IMG/VR virus record: IMGVR_UViG_3300045825_000547
Origin: an uncultured virus (IMG/VR IMGVR_UViG_3300045825_000547)
Taxonomy: Duplodnaviria > Heunggongvirae > Uroviricota > Caudoviricetes
DNA: 64,000 bases
Reading direction: 5' to 3' (one strand)
Positions 40,539 to 50,219 of this stretch are shown piece by piece. Below the pieces are notes generated by a model. That model worked only from the letters and a program-made list of their open reading frames with translations. It did not search any database and was not told the DNA's origin. Made by a program: the position numbers and the translations under genes. Positions within the stretch are counted from its first letter, which is position 1. The number at the start of each line of letters is the position of its first letter.

Positions 40539-41369
40539 TTATACTGATAGTATGGTCTTAAGTGCTGTTATTTTCCACTGAACGGAGTTGCTGTCTTCCC
40601 CCTTCACGAACCATTTGAGGGTAGATCCTACATAAGAGCATGTAAATGTCCAATTGTGTGCGCGGTGGGTGAACGAGCTCTGCATTAACAAAGAAGTAAT
40701 ACCACTGGCATCACTCCCCACATGGATAGTACGAATCATCCCCGCTGTTAGCCCCACCGCATCCCCTACTATGCCAATCGCGTTAATCCTGATGTCATAC
40801 ACCACGCTAGTGGAAAGCGGAACGGTTATGGTGGCAATCTCAAGAGGAGTTGCTCCTGAGGTAACACCTGCAAAGTCTTCAAGGAATAAATTCCCTACTT
40901 GGCTCAGCCCTTGAGGATTTAAAGATAGTTCAACTATCTTATCAAAACCTCCCCCAACCAAAGGAGAACTTACTACTGTTTTTTGGAGTGGGCTAACTAC
41001 GCCTAAAGAGTCATCTAAGGACGCAAAAGCCCCATCACCGGTAGCAGCGGACAGGAAGCCGGAATCTATTACGGTTCCTCCTCCACCTCCTCCACCAACT
41101 ACGGTGGTAGGCTCCCATGAACAAACTAAAGGCGTTGCTCCGTTTATTGGGCTAACAGTAAGGAGGCCATCATCAAAGATAGCCTTCACTTGTGGGTAGT
41201 AGAAGTATTTGTATTTAAGTTCGCAGAAGTCAATATCAAAGGCACGCAAATTACCAACAGCACCTGCAGGAATATTTTGGCTCCCAGTAGTCAGGTTGAA
41301 CTGTTGGTTAGATACATTGGTGATTATGAAATCCCTCGCGAGAGGGAAATCTAAGAATATATCTGCCAC
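40539..41369 (-). CDS. virion fibre/decoration protein
   Basis: Poly-Gly linker; C-terminal domain similar to 39724. Confidence 0.55.
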   Translation of the reverse strand: MADIFLDFPLARDFIITNVSNQQFNLTTGSQNIPAGAVGNLRAFDIDFCELKYKYFYYPQVKAIFDDGLLTVSPINGATPLVCSWEPTTVVGGGGGGGTVIDSGFLSAATGDGAFASLDDSLGVVSPLQKTVVSSPLVGGGFDKIVELSLNPQGLSQVGNLFLEDFAGVTSGATPLEIATITVPLSTSVVYDIRINAIGIVGDAVGLTAGMIRTIHVGSDASGITSLLMQSSFTHRAHNWTFTCSYVGSTLKWFVKGEDSNSVQWKITALKTILSV

Positions 41370-41378
41370 TTTGTTTTA

Positions 41379-42887
41379 TTACGACATTATTAATTCAGAC
41401 ACAACCTGCCATCTAAGGTTTCCAGGGGTTACCTCAGTCAATGCAAGTTTTATATGCGCCGCGGTTCTTAATGTAGGACCGGTAGGTTGTCCAGCTGGGA
41501 CATAACGCGAAGGGTATACTATTAAAGCACCTAACGGGGTGTGTAGGTTGGTATCTGTAGCATTCGGTGACACTTCTATGTTTGCGTTTTTAGTGGCATT
41601 GTTATCTACTGACATATACACATCTACAGTGTCACCTACTGTTCCACCAGAAGAAGGTGGAGTTATTATGATTAAACTTTTAGTTACACCATTAGAGACG
41701 CCTGTAAATTTGTTAGTTATAAAGTAGGTTTTATTTCTAGCAGTTGTTAAATTCTCATTACCTTGTGCTGTAAATTCTTGGTAAACCCCATGACTAACAG
41801 GAAGAGTGTCTACTGCGGTAGCTAAATCTTGCACAGTTTTGGTACCAGAGCTAAGATTTCCTGTGAAACCTCCAGTGTTTAAAGGAACAGCTGCCCCTGT
41901 ATTTCCTGTAGGGAGTGATGCGCCACTTAATAAACCAATGGCATTGATTGTCCCAGTACCACCAGAGCTTATTTTAATTTTAAAGGTTGAGGTAGAAGAC
42001 CCTAAGGTAACCAGTGCGTCTTTGATGTAAGGGTTGTATGAGCTTCCCCCGTCAGTGCTGTAGTCAATGGTGTATGAGAGTGCTGGACTGGTATCCACTA
42101 AAATTTTAAAAGTTTGTCCACAAATAAGGTTAGCTGTTGCTTCTATTGTTGCGCTGCTCACGCCAAGGTGTTGTTGCGCTGGGTCAAAAAGAGACGATGG
42201 CCCACTAATATGGGTCATAGGGTTAGTAGGGCCAGAGAAATCAATATAACTTACATCACTAAACCCACCAGTAACTCTAGCACTTTCAAAAAGTCCTCTT
42301 TTATAAGGAACAGGTGCATTTTTAAATCTTCCTGTCGCTGTGTCCCATACAAGAGTTTGGGTATTTAATGCACTTGTTACAGAACCTAGTTCTGCTATTG
42401 CTGTTACTCTACCCTTCACATCTACCGTTACACTAGGCAGGGTGTATATGCCACCAGAAAGTCCACTTATATTCCTTAAATCGGGGTTAGGGTAAGTTCC
42501 TGCTAAATCCCCTCCCGCAGCACCTGAAGGAGCTCCGCCCCCTCCGCCACCACCAACTACATCTACCACTTCAACAGTGATGTCATGGGTTAGTATATCT
42601 TCTGTTATATTAGCTACAGCAGATCCGGTAAATACGATTTTCTTTGTTGGGCCTGAGCTGATTGGTGTTGCGGTGTCGTTTTGGCAAACAGTGATGCCGG
42701 ATAAGCCGACCACATCACCGGTAGGAGATACAATAGCATGTTCTGCTCCTAGCATCTTTACGCAAAGGGAACCAGCGGCATTTAGGTATACCACGTTATT
42801 TGGGAGAGCTGCCACTTCCCCACCAGAGAGCGGAGAAAGGGGAAGCCCTTTATCAGCGTTTGTTTCGTTTATTTTTGATCTTGCCAT
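41379..42887 (-). CDS. tail fibre-like protein
   Basis: AGGDLAGTYPNP and VTVDVKGRVTA fibre motifs; poly-Gly. Confidence 0.65.
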   Translation of the reverse strand: MARSKINETNADKGLPLSPLSGGEVAALPNNVVYLNAAGSLCVKMLGAEHAIVSPTGDVVGLSGITVCQNDTATPISSGPTKKIVFTGSAVANITEDILTHDITVEVVDVVGGGGGGGAPSGAAGGDLAGTYPNPDLRNISGLSGGIYTLPSVTVDVKGRVTAIAELGSVTSALNTQTLVWDTATGRFKNAPVPYKRGLFESARVTGGFSDVSYIDFSGPTNPMTHISGPSSLFDPAQQHLGVSSATIEATANLICGQTFKILVDTSPALSYTIDYSTDGGSSYNPYIKDALVTLGSSTSTFKIKISSGGTGTINAIGLLSGASLPTGNTGAAVPLNTGGFTGNLSSGTKTVQDLATAVDTLPVSHGVYQEFTAQGNENLTTARNKTYFITNKFTGVSNGVTKSLIIITPPSSGGTVGDTVDVYMSVDNNATKNANIEVSPNATDTNLHTPLGALIVYPSRYVPAGQPTGPTLRTAAHIKLALTEVTPGNLRWQVVSELIMS

Positions 42888-42937
42888 TATAGTTTTCTCC
42901 TGAGGTTTTCACTGTCTTATCTAATTATAGGTCAAGT

Positions 42938-42975
42938 GTTAATTTCCTCCGGTTTTTTGGCATAAGTATAGTGAG
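42938..42975 (+). promoter_or_regulatory. phage promoter motif, copy 3
   Basis: GTTAAT-N17-CATAAG-TATAG-TGAG. Confidence 0.7.
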
Positions 42976-43004
42976 CCCATATTTGAATCCAAGGAGGATG
43001 CCCG

Positions 43005-43235
43005 ATGAATGTATCAGAACAGATTTTTATGAATTTAATAATGATTGTTTTTCTTGCATCCTTCGTGGTGGATGCGGGAACTACAAGCCCAGCTATTAAG
43101 GAGAAGCTAACAAGCTTCTCGATATTATCTGCCCTCATATGGGCAGTAGCACCTGTGGTAGGACCGGCCCTACCCCTATTGTTGCAAGTTCTTTTGATGC
43201 TTGCAACCTATTTTGGTGCAAGAAAAACAGGTTAA
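43005..43235 (+). CDS. small membrane protein
   Basis: AAGGAGG RBS; 2-3 hydrophobic helices. Confidence 0.6.
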   Translation: MNVSEQIFMNLIMIVFLASFVVDAGTTSPAIKEKLTSFSILSALIWAVAPVVGPALPLLLQVLLMLATYFGARKTG

Positions 43236-43270
43236 TTTTCCTGTTTTTCTTGTTATAAGACTAGTGAAAG
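43231..43270 (+). promoter_or_regulatory. phage promoter motif, copy 4
   Basis: GTTAAT-N17-TATAAG-ACTAG-TGAAAG. Confidence 0.7.
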
Positions 43271-43359
43271 AAACGCTTTCCTTTGTTTAAGGAAACTGAT
43301 ATACTTTCGCTAGTCTTTTTTTATTTTTATATTATTGCCCCCACAAAGGAGGACACAAC

Positions 43360-43842
43360 ATGACCGAGAAGAAATACACTCTGGTTATGAACCAGGCCAT
43401 GACCTGGGGCCAAATTCTCGAAAAACTAGATGAAAATCTAGAAAAATTGGAGATATTTGCGGCCAATAGCGAGAAGAAAATGAATCTTCCGCAAAATTGG
43501 ATGCATTTGTTGCATCATGCACTTCTGAACCATTATACGGATGGTATGCTCCACCTGGGGCTAAGGCACGCCTCCTTCTCGATTGAGGGAAGTCCTTACG
43601 AAGGGGCACTTCTTCAATTTAGGGTTAGTAGCCCTTTTATTTCGGTCACGCTTCACACCCCGTCAGACACGTTTACAAAACAAAAGCTTATTCCGGTAGG
43701 GAAACTGAACCCTGTAGGAAAAGCTAAACTATTCTGGAGTTTAATTCAAATATTCTCTCCAGGTGCACTAAAGGCACTCTCTCTTAGTGAAAACGATAAG
43801 AGAAGCCACCTTACCCAGCTCTCTCAAATGAGTAGAGCCTAA
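43360..43842 (+). CDS. hypothetical protein
   Basis: AAGGAGG RBS. Confidence 0.65.
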   Translation: MTEKKYTLVMNQAMTWGQILEKLDENLEKLEIFAANSEKKMNLPQNWMHLLHHALLNHYTDGMLHLGLRHASFSIEGSPYEGALLQFRVSSPFISVTLHTPSDTFTKQKLIPVGKLNPVGKAKLFWSLIQIFSPGALKALSLSENDKRSHLTQLSQMSRA

Positions 43843-43868
43843 TACATTATTTTTTAGGAGTAACACAA

Positions 43869-44207
43869 ATGGCAAGATTCCACATTTCTTCCAACACAGT
43901 GAAATTTAATGAAAATTTCAAACCAGAAAAGACCGACCTTCCTCTAAAGGGTGACATTCTTACTGGCGAGTATCGTCTTGCGGGTGAGTTAGAAAAAGAA
44001 GATATTAAAAATCTTCCGATAACATTAAAGATCCTCAGAGATTACATGGACGTGGATACAGATTTATTAGTAGGCTACGTGTCGGGTCCTGGGCAGGAGC
44101 ATCCGTTGTGCTTTGCAGTTGAGACCGCTGCAGAGGTTTTAATCGGAACATTAGAGAAACTAGCAAGATACTGTCCTCTTGCAGAAGATGAGTACTACAA
44201 ACAATAG
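43869..44207 (+). CDS. hypothetical protein
   Basis: AGGAG RBS. Confidence 0.65.
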   Translation: MARFHISSNTVKFNENFKPEKTDLPLKGDILTGEYRLAGELEKEDIKNLPITLKILRDYMDVDTDLLVGYVSGPGQEHPLCFAVETAAEVLIGTLEKLARYCPLAEDEYYKQ

Positions 44208-44227
44208 AACCAAGAGAGGAAGAGGCT

Positions 44228-44899
44228 ATGGGAAGAGAAAGGGAAAGTTATACACTCCGTTTAGGGAACTGGTATAACAGAGATTTGAGAGAACTTGGGA
44301 AAATGCTTATTGCGTATGCGGACGGGAAGCACCCACAAGCATTTGAATCAGACGATGATCTTATCGCAGACTTCAACCCCAATTCGGGGAATGTGTATCT
44401 ATGGAGCGAGGATTGGCCTGCATGTCTTTTGTATAGGGAATACACAAAGGAAAATGCTAACGCTCCTACCGAAGAACTATACCCAATATACAATTCTCCA
44501 TACGAAGGGAGAGAGGGTGACTGGGAAGAGTTGAGTGATGAGTTCTTTGATATGCACAAAGAGGACAAAGAATGGTTCCTCACCCTTCCTGAATTTGACA
44601 GTGCATCGTTCAGTAAGGTTGTCGGTGCAGGTTCACCGGATGAGTTGGAAGACGCATGGCCGCTTATCGCGGAGTTCTACAACAAGCAGCAAGACACCTT
44701 TGAGCATAAGGAACTAATAAACGCTGTAGAGGCAGACTGGGAAAAATACTCAGAATACCTGCAACAGGATATTTTTGACTTTATGGAGTACAACAGTATA
44801 GAAGATAGCTTCCCGCATTTACTAGTTAAGTCAGACGAAGAAGATGAGGAAGCAGAGGAGGAAACAGAAGATGAAACTGATACTGAATCTGGGGGGTAA
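44228..44899 (+). CDS. highly acidic hypothetical protein
   Basis: Asp/Glu-rich; FNPNSGNVYL and PYEG-EG motifs. Confidence 0.65.
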   Translation: MGRERESYTLRLGNWYNRDLRELGKMLIAYADGKHPQAFESDDDLIADFNPNSGNVYLWSEDWPACLLYREYTKENANAPTEELYPIYNSPYEGREGDWEELSDEFFDMHKEDKEWFLTLPEFDSASFSKVVGAGSPDELEDAWPLIAEFYNKQQDTFEHKELINAVEADWEKYSEYLQQDIFDFMEYNSIEDSFPHLLVKSDEEDEEAEEETEDETDTESGG

Positions 44900-45116
44900 T
44901 CTCCCAACAGTGGCAGAAAGCATGGCGAAGATTGTTTCTAATCTTCATCAAATCCACTCTATGATGATGGATCGTAGAATGGCTATTCCCACAACGACCA
45001 AAGAGAAGCGGCGCCAGTCAGACCCTAGGGCCTCAAAGGAGGACATAGCTCTGGCTGAGAACTTCTTGGCGCCCATCACAATCATCGGGGATAATCCCCG
45101 GCCCGAACACATTTAA
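44844..45116 (+). CDS. hypothetical protein (start uncertain, possibly ~44922)
   Basis: Fills the gap in the operon. Confidence 0.35.
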   Translation: MRKQRRKQKMKLILNLGGNLPTVAESMAKIVSNLHQIHSMMMDRRMAIPTTTKEKRRQSDPRASKEDIALAENFLAPITIIGDNPRPEHI

Positions 45117-45132
45117 ACATTATTGTTCTCTT

Positions 45133-45867
45133 ATGAAGGAGAAACCGACCATGAACTTAGAAAGAATAATAGATCAGATCAAAACCGTTATAGATAACGG
45201 GGGCGACAACATAGAGGAAAGAGCTAAGGATTTCCTCAAAATAGCAATCAATGCCCTTAAAAATGCAGAGACTGTTATTGATCTAAACGGGGAGGGGGAT
45301 GGTTGTATCGTTCCTATCCACTTCGGTGGTATTCCCCAAGAAGCTGTGGATGTAGTATTGGACATGTCTCCGAACATTCCGGTGGTAGCTCCAAACCCTA
45401 TGGTGGATAAAACCCAACGCCCTCCTTACAACTTTGGGGATTTGACATTTGAAATGAATCCGCTTCTAGTGGAAGCTTTCCAGTACCACCTGCATGCTGC
45501 AACTCCTGCTCTGTTGGGTATGTACGACCCAGGTAGAGAAATCAATTTTAACGAGTTAAGCATTGACGCAGCAGGTTCGCTCTTGTTGTCTGAAGTTTAC
45601 TTTGACCACGAAGGAAAAGAGAAAGACGTGGATGATTTAGATATCATCCAATTCTGGACAACAAAAAGCGAGGAAGTGAAGCAAGCCAAGACTTGGCCGC
45701 AAGTGCTTCTCTTTCCTGTAGACCAAGAAGACGGAAGCTTACTGATAGAATTCTTCAAAATTCATAGAGGAAACTTTAAAGCTGTGAGGGCAATGAGAGA
45801 CGCTATTAGGGTTGAGAGAAAAGAAGTTCAAGACGAAAAGATCGAGCCCGCTCTTATAATTAGTTAA
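45133..45867 (+). CDS. hypothetical protein
   Basis: ORF; AAGGAG RBS precedes ATG 45151. Confidence 0.6.
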   Translation: MKEKPTMNLERIIDQIKTVIDNGGDNIEERAKDFLKIAINALKNAETVIDLNGEGDGCIVPIHFGGIPQEAVDVVLDMSPNIPVVAPNPMVDKTQRPPYNFGDLTFEMNPLLVEAFQYHLHAATPALLGMYDPGREINFNELSIDAAGSLLLSEVYFDHEGKEKDVDDLDIIQFWTTKSEEVKQAKTWPQVLLFPVDQEDGSLLIEFFKIHRGNFKAVRAMRDAIRVERKEVQDEKIEPALIIS

Positions 45868-45894
45868 GGCAAGCAATTTACAGGAGCTACTAAT

Positions 45895-46488
45895 ATGTTT
45901 TTCAACCCAGCACGTTTCTTATATAAATATTCCGCAGAAGACTTTGTTCTTCCTCCCCCACCTGAAATAAACCCAACCCCCTTCACCACAGCGACGGAAC
46001 AGGGGAAAGAGTTTACTGCTCAGGGCGGGGACATGAAATATATTAAGAACGGAGATTGCTGGGAAGTTAGCTCACATGCCGTTAACAAACATGGGTACCC
46101 AGTTTTATCCCGTAATGGTAAAATAGGCTATGCCCATAGATTTTCTTATCAAGATACTAAGGGGCCTATTCCTGACGGGAACGTGCTTCTCCATAGTTGT
46201 GATAATAGGAAATGCATAAACCCCGCCCACTTAACTGCGGGGACTCAGTTAGAAAACATCGCGGATAGAGTCGCTAAAGGGCGCAGTGCCAAAGGAATCG
46301 CCAATGGCAGAGCTAAACTTTCAGAGACTCAAGTACAAGAGATTCTAGCTGATATTAACACACCAAAGAAAGCATTGGCCCGTAAATATCAGGTAGACCC
46401 TAAGATGATAAGAAACATAAAGAACAGGACCAACTGGTCCCACATTTATAATAATATTGCCCCTAATACGGGGGAAGGGAACATTTAA
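45895..46488 (+). CDS. HNH endonuclease (I-PpoI/HNH_3-like) with N-terminal extension
   Basis: CW...GY...AHRFSY...LHSCDNRKCINPAHL..GT..EN; C-terminal HTH. Confidence 0.88.
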   Translation: MFFNPARFLYKYSAEDFVLPPPPEINPTPFTTATEQGKEFTAQGGDMKYIKNGDCWEVSSHAVNKHGYPVLSRNGKIGYAHRFSYQDTKGPIPDGNVLLHSCDNRKCINPAHLTAGTQLENIADRVAKGRSAKGIANGRAKLSETQVQEILADINTPKKALARKYQVDPKMIRNIKNRTNWSHIYNNIAPNTGEGNI

Positions 46489-46490
46489 TC

Positions 46491-48443
46491 ATGACTACTA
46501 CAAATAAACAAGCTTCTTCTACCGCTACAGAATCTCCTGAGTTAACACTTAGAGGACCAAAAGGAGAGCTTATGCTCGAATTAAGAGCAAAACATATTCT
46601 TAATAAGAAAGGAAAATTGGTAAAGCCAAAAACACATCTTCATGGTCAACCAATGGAAGTTGTTGTACGTATTAAAAAGGATGCAGATCCGACACAAAAT
46701 AAATGCTACACCAAATGGATCTGCCAACAGATGAATAAAAAGGAAGAAGGTAGTAAGATAAAAGAGGAAGATTTCTATAAAGTGTACAGAGATCTTCAGA
46801 TCTTTCATGCGGCTAAGAACAAAGGATTGTTAAAAGATGAGCAAAAAGATATCTTTAAAATAAAAAGCTATAATGATTTGTTCGATCTCGTAAAACCTTT
46901 CTCTAAAATGCCTGAGATTCAATCAGATAACCAAGTAGCTAGAAACGCATTGGTTATGGAGACAGAAGAATTTGAAATCTATATTCCTAAGTCTTTCTTA
47001 GAAAGCCAAACTCTAGGCGGCGGAACAAACTGGTGTACAGCGGCAAGTGGTGGCAGCTATCAATTTGATAACTACACAAAGAACGGAGCTTTGTTGATCT
47101 TTCAAGACAAGAAAGATCCTAAAGGCAAATTCCAATTCCATATGTACACAGGCAGCTTTGCTAACAGCACCGATAGGATGATTGACTTCATAGAATGGCT
47201 TGAAGCTAGACCCGCAAGTGTGAAAGAATACATGAGAGATTATGTAAAAGAGCACTTAGCGAAGCTTACCCATGACGAAGAGCTTACAGGTTCTATCAAT
47301 ACCAATAAAGTGTTGGTAAATGGCAGCAATTCCCCAAATATGGATAAGCTTATCTCTTACCTTGTACCAGTTGCAGATCTTCAAAAGCTTTATAGCAAAG
47401 TGAAAAAGATAACAGGTGATGTAAGATGGAATGCAAAACATCCATACTTGTTCCCAGAATTAGAGGAAATCACAGGAACTCTAACTGTAGAATTTGAGTC
47501 TAAGTTAGCACCGTCACACGGTGTAGCGTTTGGTAAGTTAAAGAAAATAGGCTTCTTAAGCACCAGCGGTTCTCTCCCAGAAAATCTTAGTCCTTACATA
47601 AATCTTTCAGGAGTTGAAGTGCTAGGAAACCTTTCTAACAATAGTTCTTCTTCTCTCGTATCACAACTCTCTGCGCTTAAAGAAATAGGAACTTTAAGTA
47701 TCACCGGTGCACTATCTGCACAATTGTCGAGCTTAGTGAAAATAGGAACATTAGATTACAAGTTAGATAATTCAGCGTCATCAGTGGGAATCCCGTTCCC
47801 TATGTTAACAGAGATATCTGAGAACTTGATAGTTCATTCTAATGAGGGTATTGTATTCCCAGCACTAGTAAAAGCTAAGAAAATAGATTCAAAGACAAAG
47901 AACTGCTCTTTCCCTGTCTTGACTGAAGTAGGCGAACTTACTATAGCTGGAGCTTCAAGCTTAGGACTCCCAGTGTTGAGAAAAGTTACCGACAAACTAG
48001 TTCTTTCTCAAATCTCTTCTCCAGATGTTCTTCCGCTCCTCACTGAAGCAGGAGTTATCGAATTGAATCAAGTGAAAGGTGATAACATTCTTCCAAAATT
48101 AGTGAAAGCTAAGAGCATAAGAACACATTTCACCTATGGTACAATGTTTCCTGTTCTCGAAGAAGTGAGTGGAACATTAGACTTAACCTACTCAAGAGAG
48201 CTTAAGTTCCCAATGCTTAAGAAAGCAGGAGAAGTTATTAACCATGTGAGAGATCTAGATTCTAGCATATTTGTTCCAAACCCAGAACAACTTCTAGGAG
48301 CTAATCACCCACAAGCTGGCATCTTCAGAGCACTTGCGCCTAAAGCACCTAAAGCTGCAAAAGAAAGTAAAGACGTTCCTGTTGAAGGAAAAAAACTAGA
48401 AGATCCTAAAGCTAAAATCAGAAAAGCTAAAGGTCAAAAATAG
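46491..48443 (+). CDS. PcfJ-like domain protein with leucine-rich (L-domain-like) repeats
   Basis: DPT..K.Y..W; G.GTNWCTA...KFQFH; more than ten FP-x-L-x-x-(I/V/A)-type repeats. Confidence 0.6.
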   Translation: MTTTNKQASSTATESPELTLRGPKGELMLELRAKHILNKKGKLVKPKTHLHGQPMEVVVRIKKDADPTQNKCYTKWICQQMNKKEEGSKIKEEDFYKVYRDLQIFHAAKNKGLLKDEQKDIFKIKSYNDLFDLVKPFSKMPEIQSDNQVARNALVMETEEFEIYIPKSFLESQTLGGGTNWCTAASGGSYQFDNYTKNGALLIFQDKKDPKGKFQFHMYTGSFANSTDRMIDFIEWLEARPASVKEYMRDYVKEHLAKLTHDEELTGSINTNKVLVNGSNSPNMDKLISYLVPVADLQKLYSKVKKITGDVRWNAKHPYLFPELEEITGTLTVEFESKLAPSHGVAFGKLKKIGFLSTSGSLPENLSPYINLSGVEVLGNLSNNSSSSLVSQLSALKEIGTLSITGALSAQLSSLVKIGTLDYKLDNSASSVGIPFPMLTEISENLIVHSNEGIVFPALVKAKKIDSKTKNCSFPVLTEVGELTIAGASSLGLPVLRKVTDKLVLSQISSPDVLPLLTEAGVIELNQVKGDNILPKLVKAKSIRTHFTYGTMFPVLEEVSGTLDLTYSRELKFPMLKKAGEVINHVRDLDSSIFVPNPEQLLGANHPQAGIFRALAPKAPKAAKESKDVPVEGKKLEDPKAKIRKAKGQK

Positions 48444-48472
48444 TTGACAATCCCCGCATAACCTGATACACT
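48444..48472 (+). promoter_or_regulatory. sigma70-type promoter
   Basis: TTGACA-17 bp-TACACT with extended TG. Confidence 0.7.
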
Positions 48473-48513
48473 GCATCCTTGTAAATTCATTTATTAATAA
48501 GGATGCTAAGGCT

Positions 48514-48783
48514 ATGCAACAGTTCGTTGAAAGTACACCAGTAGAAGAAAAGAAAATCATTAAAATACCTGCAAAAGATCCCGCTTCTGCAAAAGATTTT
48601 ATTGAAATGCCTATAACTATTGTGTACGAAAAATCTGGGGACAGAGCAGGAACACCTAAAGGAATTAAGTTCAGTGCTAAGACTGTTCTTACTTGTGACG
48701 AACTTAGATTCATTGAAGACAACTACTCGCAAATTCTTGGGTATGGGTTTAACGACCCTACCACAGAAGGAGCAAAGAAATAA
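48514..48783 (+). CDS. hypothetical protein
   Basis: Follows the promoter; TAAGG RBS. Confidence 0.55.
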   Translation: MQQFVESTPVEEKKIIKIPAKDPASAKDFIEMPITIVYEKSGDRAGTPKGIKFSAKTVLTCDELRFIEDNYSQILGYGFNDPTTEGAKK

Positions 48784-48784
48784 T

Positions 48785-49036
48785 ATGGCAAAGTCTGTGA
48801 AGGAGAGAGAAGCAATTCTTTTTACCGATAAGAACCTTCGCATGTCTGCGTCATGTCGTTTCTGCATCCACCGAGGAAAAACCACAGACAAGACATCTCG
48901 TTGTATCGTTCACAATGTGGATGTGAATACAAGTTTTGTCTGTGACGATTTTTCTTTAACTAACAAAAATACAACTATCAAGCTAGCACAGGCTAGTTTC
49001 CCTAAGGAGGAAGATTGGTATGGCCAGTCCAACTGA
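48785..49036 (+). CDS. small Cys-rich protein
   Basis: CRFC...C...VCDDF; starts right after the upstream stop. Confidence 0.55.
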   Translation: MAKSVKEREAILFTDKNLRMSASCRFCIHRGKTTDKTSRCIVHNVDVNTSFVCDDFSLTNKNTTIKLAQASFPKEEDWYGQSN

Positions 49037-50198
49037 AGCTCCTTCTCCGTTAGCCCCATCGACCAACGTGAGGGTGGGATTCTTTGTAGACCAATATAAC
49101 GTGGTCTACTCTAAGTGCAAAGATGTGTTTCTTGGGGTTAAGAACCCCACTGAAGCCTTGGCACTGTCAAGTAATCAAGTTCTTTTTTTATCAACCACAC
49201 AGATAGTAGCAAATGGGAAAGAAGTGAAGTTGCTTCCTATTTCTCTATCAGTTGTCTCTGTGTTCGATAAAGAGGCGCATTATGATTTCTGGGGAGTAAT
49301 CCCCATTAACATAAACCCTATGTCTAGGAAGAAAGCCGCACCAGTTGCTTCTGCGGAGGACTTGATGATACAGAACACTGTAACTCATCAGGTAGCAGAG
49401 GCTAGCTACTATATCGAGCAGGTTTATAGACGAACCAAGAATCTGCATAATAAACCGCAGGAGCTAATTAGGAAACCAATTACCATTCCTGCACCAATAA
49501 CACATTCTCTTCCACCACAAGCTGTTTCTATTGTTAAGGCTGTAGCAAAAGTAGAAATTGCACCAAAAGCGGTGAAAGAATTAATTAAAAAGGAAAGACT
49601 ATCAATGTCACAAACATTAGACAATTTTATAGACTCTGCTGCAGAGGCAACAGCAGCACTAGCAAAGCTGGTAAGCGATGCAAAAGCCTTAGCCAAAGAT
49701 CCACCAACAGCAACTACTACTATCGTACATGTGGATGCTGAAACCGAGATAGCATACGAGTTATCACCTAGCGATATCAAAGCAAGTTACTTAGTAGCAA
49801 CTGCGCAAAGAAAAAGCATGGTTGAGGGATTACAAATCTTATCCAAAGCCCTGTTAGGTTATGCCCCAAAGATTAATAGGACGCTAACCCGTAACCCTAA
49901 CTCATCTTATAGTCCCAGTTTAAGATTTATCGCTGGGGAGTTAGATGGATTAGCGGATGCGCTCCAGGTGGCTGCATCAGATACAGCGCCTAAGACATAC
50001 CTAAAGAGCTTAGGAGGTTACTTAAGAAACTACAGTTTCTCTGTAAGCTTTCTGCTCATGCAAATGAAATCTTACCCATGTTTCAGCCAGGACACTACTG
50101 TTGAGAAAGAATTGTCTATTAATATCCATAAAATATCTAAGGCTATTCAGGAAGACTTAACAACCCTCAGAAATAATGCTAACCTACTAGACGTATAG
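49020..50198 (+). CDS. hypothetical protein
   Basis: AAGGAGG RBS; 392 aa. Confidence 0.65.
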   Translation: MASPTEAPSPLAPSTNVRVGFFVDQYNVVYSKCKDVFLGVKNPTEALALSSNQVLFLSTTQIVANGKEVKLLPISLSVVSVFDKEAHYDFWGVIPININPMSRKKAAPVASAEDLMIQNTVTHQVAEASYYIEQVYRRTKNLHNKPQELIRKPITIPAPITHSLPPQAVSIVKAVAKVEIAPKAVKELIKKERLSMSQTLDNFIDSAAEATAALAKLVSDAKALAKDPPTATTTIVHVDAETEIAYELSPSDIKASYLVATAQRKSMVEGLQILSKALLGYAPKINRTLTRNPNSSYSPSLRFIAGELDGLADALQVAASDTAPKTYLKSLGGYLRNYSFSVSFLLMQMKSYPCFSQDTTVEKELSINIHKISKAIQEDLTTLRNNANLLDV

Positions 50199-50219
50199 CT
50201 AGTATAAAAGGAAAGAAAG

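Noticed and set aside
37785..42887. Diversity-generating retroelement or invertible fibre cassette
   Set aside because: No reverse transcriptase or invertase, and I noticed no template/variable repeat pair.
48562..48571. Self-target of the TnpB guide (AAATACCTG)
   Set aside because: Only a ~9-nt match, which is expected by chance in 64 kb.
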